Positions 63,901-64,000 of a stretch of 64,000 bases of DNA are shown piece by piece. How positions within the stretch are numbered: the stretch's first letter is position 1; the number at the start of each line of letters is the position of its first letter. The translations under genes were made by a program, and so were the position numbers. Source of the DNA: Fidelibacterota bacterium (GTDB lineage Bacteria > Fidelibacterota > Marinisomatia > Marinisomatales > UBA1611); contig JADHUI010000005.1 of NCBI GenBank assembly GCA_016784605.1, positions 6,410 through 70,409 on the forward strand, read 5' to 3'. The notes beneath the pieces are model-generated. The model ran no database searches. It saw nothing but the letters and a program-made list of their open reading frames with translations, and was not told where the DNA came from.

Positions 63901-63948
63901 GACACCGAAATGTTTCCTTCGAAATGATCGTCTCGGATTATGTTTCAT
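60916..63948 (-). CDS. Large acidic beta-rich hypothetical lipoprotein
   Basis: Lipobox LSGC, P.W...L.IPL N-terminal motif, C-terminal Ig-like PNGG...I.W...IDYS...Y.W. Confidence 0.65.
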   Translation of the reverse strand: MKHNPRRSFRRKHFGVLYLSGALSLLLLSGCDFETSEKFEMPTWFIDLKIPLVQQRYSLDGIVDSVNIFPSDDGLGMQLVFEGDLPSQSIGEDNLQVQFPGGYLDTEIAPTEIPGVDLGDFAIPSTPINMSLPVVLYGIPYVDTTYDESNPLTWEAATFYMPPAEDREISAENWNTMVGIFNSTVDSILGSVLIELDLGFSDIDLTSDPQIIDGIEALVVANSDASQFITSIGNQGISKNLIQSTAGLYTGKYEITDSLAHHETIPTIGTNITYADTTSLASARLRQLLKINLGFKLDSADVASGESVTIYANDSMAVNLVLNMNIPSLDSADVSITETILDIPKPDMGFAASEGDEEGSETSLSIFQAMLKTEGVDNTANRLVISNLASTFPFDINFKMNFQNFAPPAGGDSVIIETVLSKGNVFDRDFDLKGYSFQSTQYPDEPINNMELALDVSIPEQIASIPLDGSSLGGLGLGVRMYSMEFESLEAYVYMGFPSVTQNMDNMPQGFSGMMMTDVRIQFIMYSQIKLPVKLGIDMIGIDTFGDTTTLCVNVDSIGYPINDVDTAMTVIELNKYGTLTEIYNSKSDSAPSWSNQVLSDENCANIIELLSVNPVNLIVESESRVDGRGTIEIGKAIGGGFRLEAPFEVMMAPMTFISAVETPIEEFDHETRNRIRSSLIQAELTSNVTNALPFGAELSILMSNLTLFPSDRSSEMLSVLRDSLVSQQGWDPTDSIYIVDTCLELDPDTSDIHIFNVMTDFSECIDGMPYLVRRSISGTDSVIAYVDTLWKFILPDPVSYYEEGDSSGFPPGMVHEAGTGTFNSTLDSNRIFLLTGYGDHYVAPRFHLNGTDSQSVFMTTLDYLDINSFITFRLSNTGLMNDAQDELVLTWPNGGDTLYSDQSYEILWNTYGDITSVNIDYSTAENPELNNGEFWTPIVQGIENTNAYSWTLSETSGLPTTHDKIRLRLSKGDGTIRDMNGYYIHIRPSAGRMSGNNTIMSQYGNGGMR

Positions 63949-64000
63949 AAATAATTGTTTACCTTAGGACTACCGCTCTAGAATTTGGTCTTTTTTTAGT

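Noticed and set aside
1-64000. Selenoprotein (in-frame UGA) genes suggested by tRNA-Sec
   Set aside because: The recognised proteins appear full length and TGA stops fall at expected C-termini; no split ORF with a Cys-equivalent UGA was noticed (not exhaustively tested)

Overview
AT-rich bacterial chromosome segment made mostly of housekeeping genes. A diderm FCB-superphylum marine bacterium such as Candidatus Marinimicrobia is my inference from the PorU-like sortase, UpxY, NiSOD, LptG/LapAB and gene order. Left end: a truncated HTH-HATPase(-STAS/DUF4325) gene, an UpxY/NusG paralog, an LhgO-like oxidase, sodN and a structurally irregular tRNA-Sec(UCA). Then the miaB-lapA-lapB-SPOR operon, M23 peptidase, serA-like and aconitase genes, porU-like/maf/arfB/rodZ-like genes, and a dcw cluster (mraZ to ftsZ, no ddl). 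These are followed by rpmB, dusB, pruA, sucCD-ndk, yceD-rpmF-plsX-fabHDG-acpP-fabF-rnc, a pmm/ispA/pgi-pmi operon, murQ/prmA, an alanine symporter, lptG, and a large lipoprotein plus beta-barrel pair. The standout is about 56730-58300: a solitary 96-aa GIY-YIG nuclease gene nested inside one unit of a tandem array of structured palindromic GTCAT...ATGAC elements. The array shows compensatory hairpin changes, a fixed-length 63-nt arm carrying a 31-nt variable core, older subfamilies at the edges and a 47-bp direct repeat bounding it, making it a candidate nuclease plus REPIN/MITE-like system. A second unexplained signal is a perfect 19-bp inverted repeat that exactly brackets ftsZ. All calls come from reading motifs by eye; no database searches were run.
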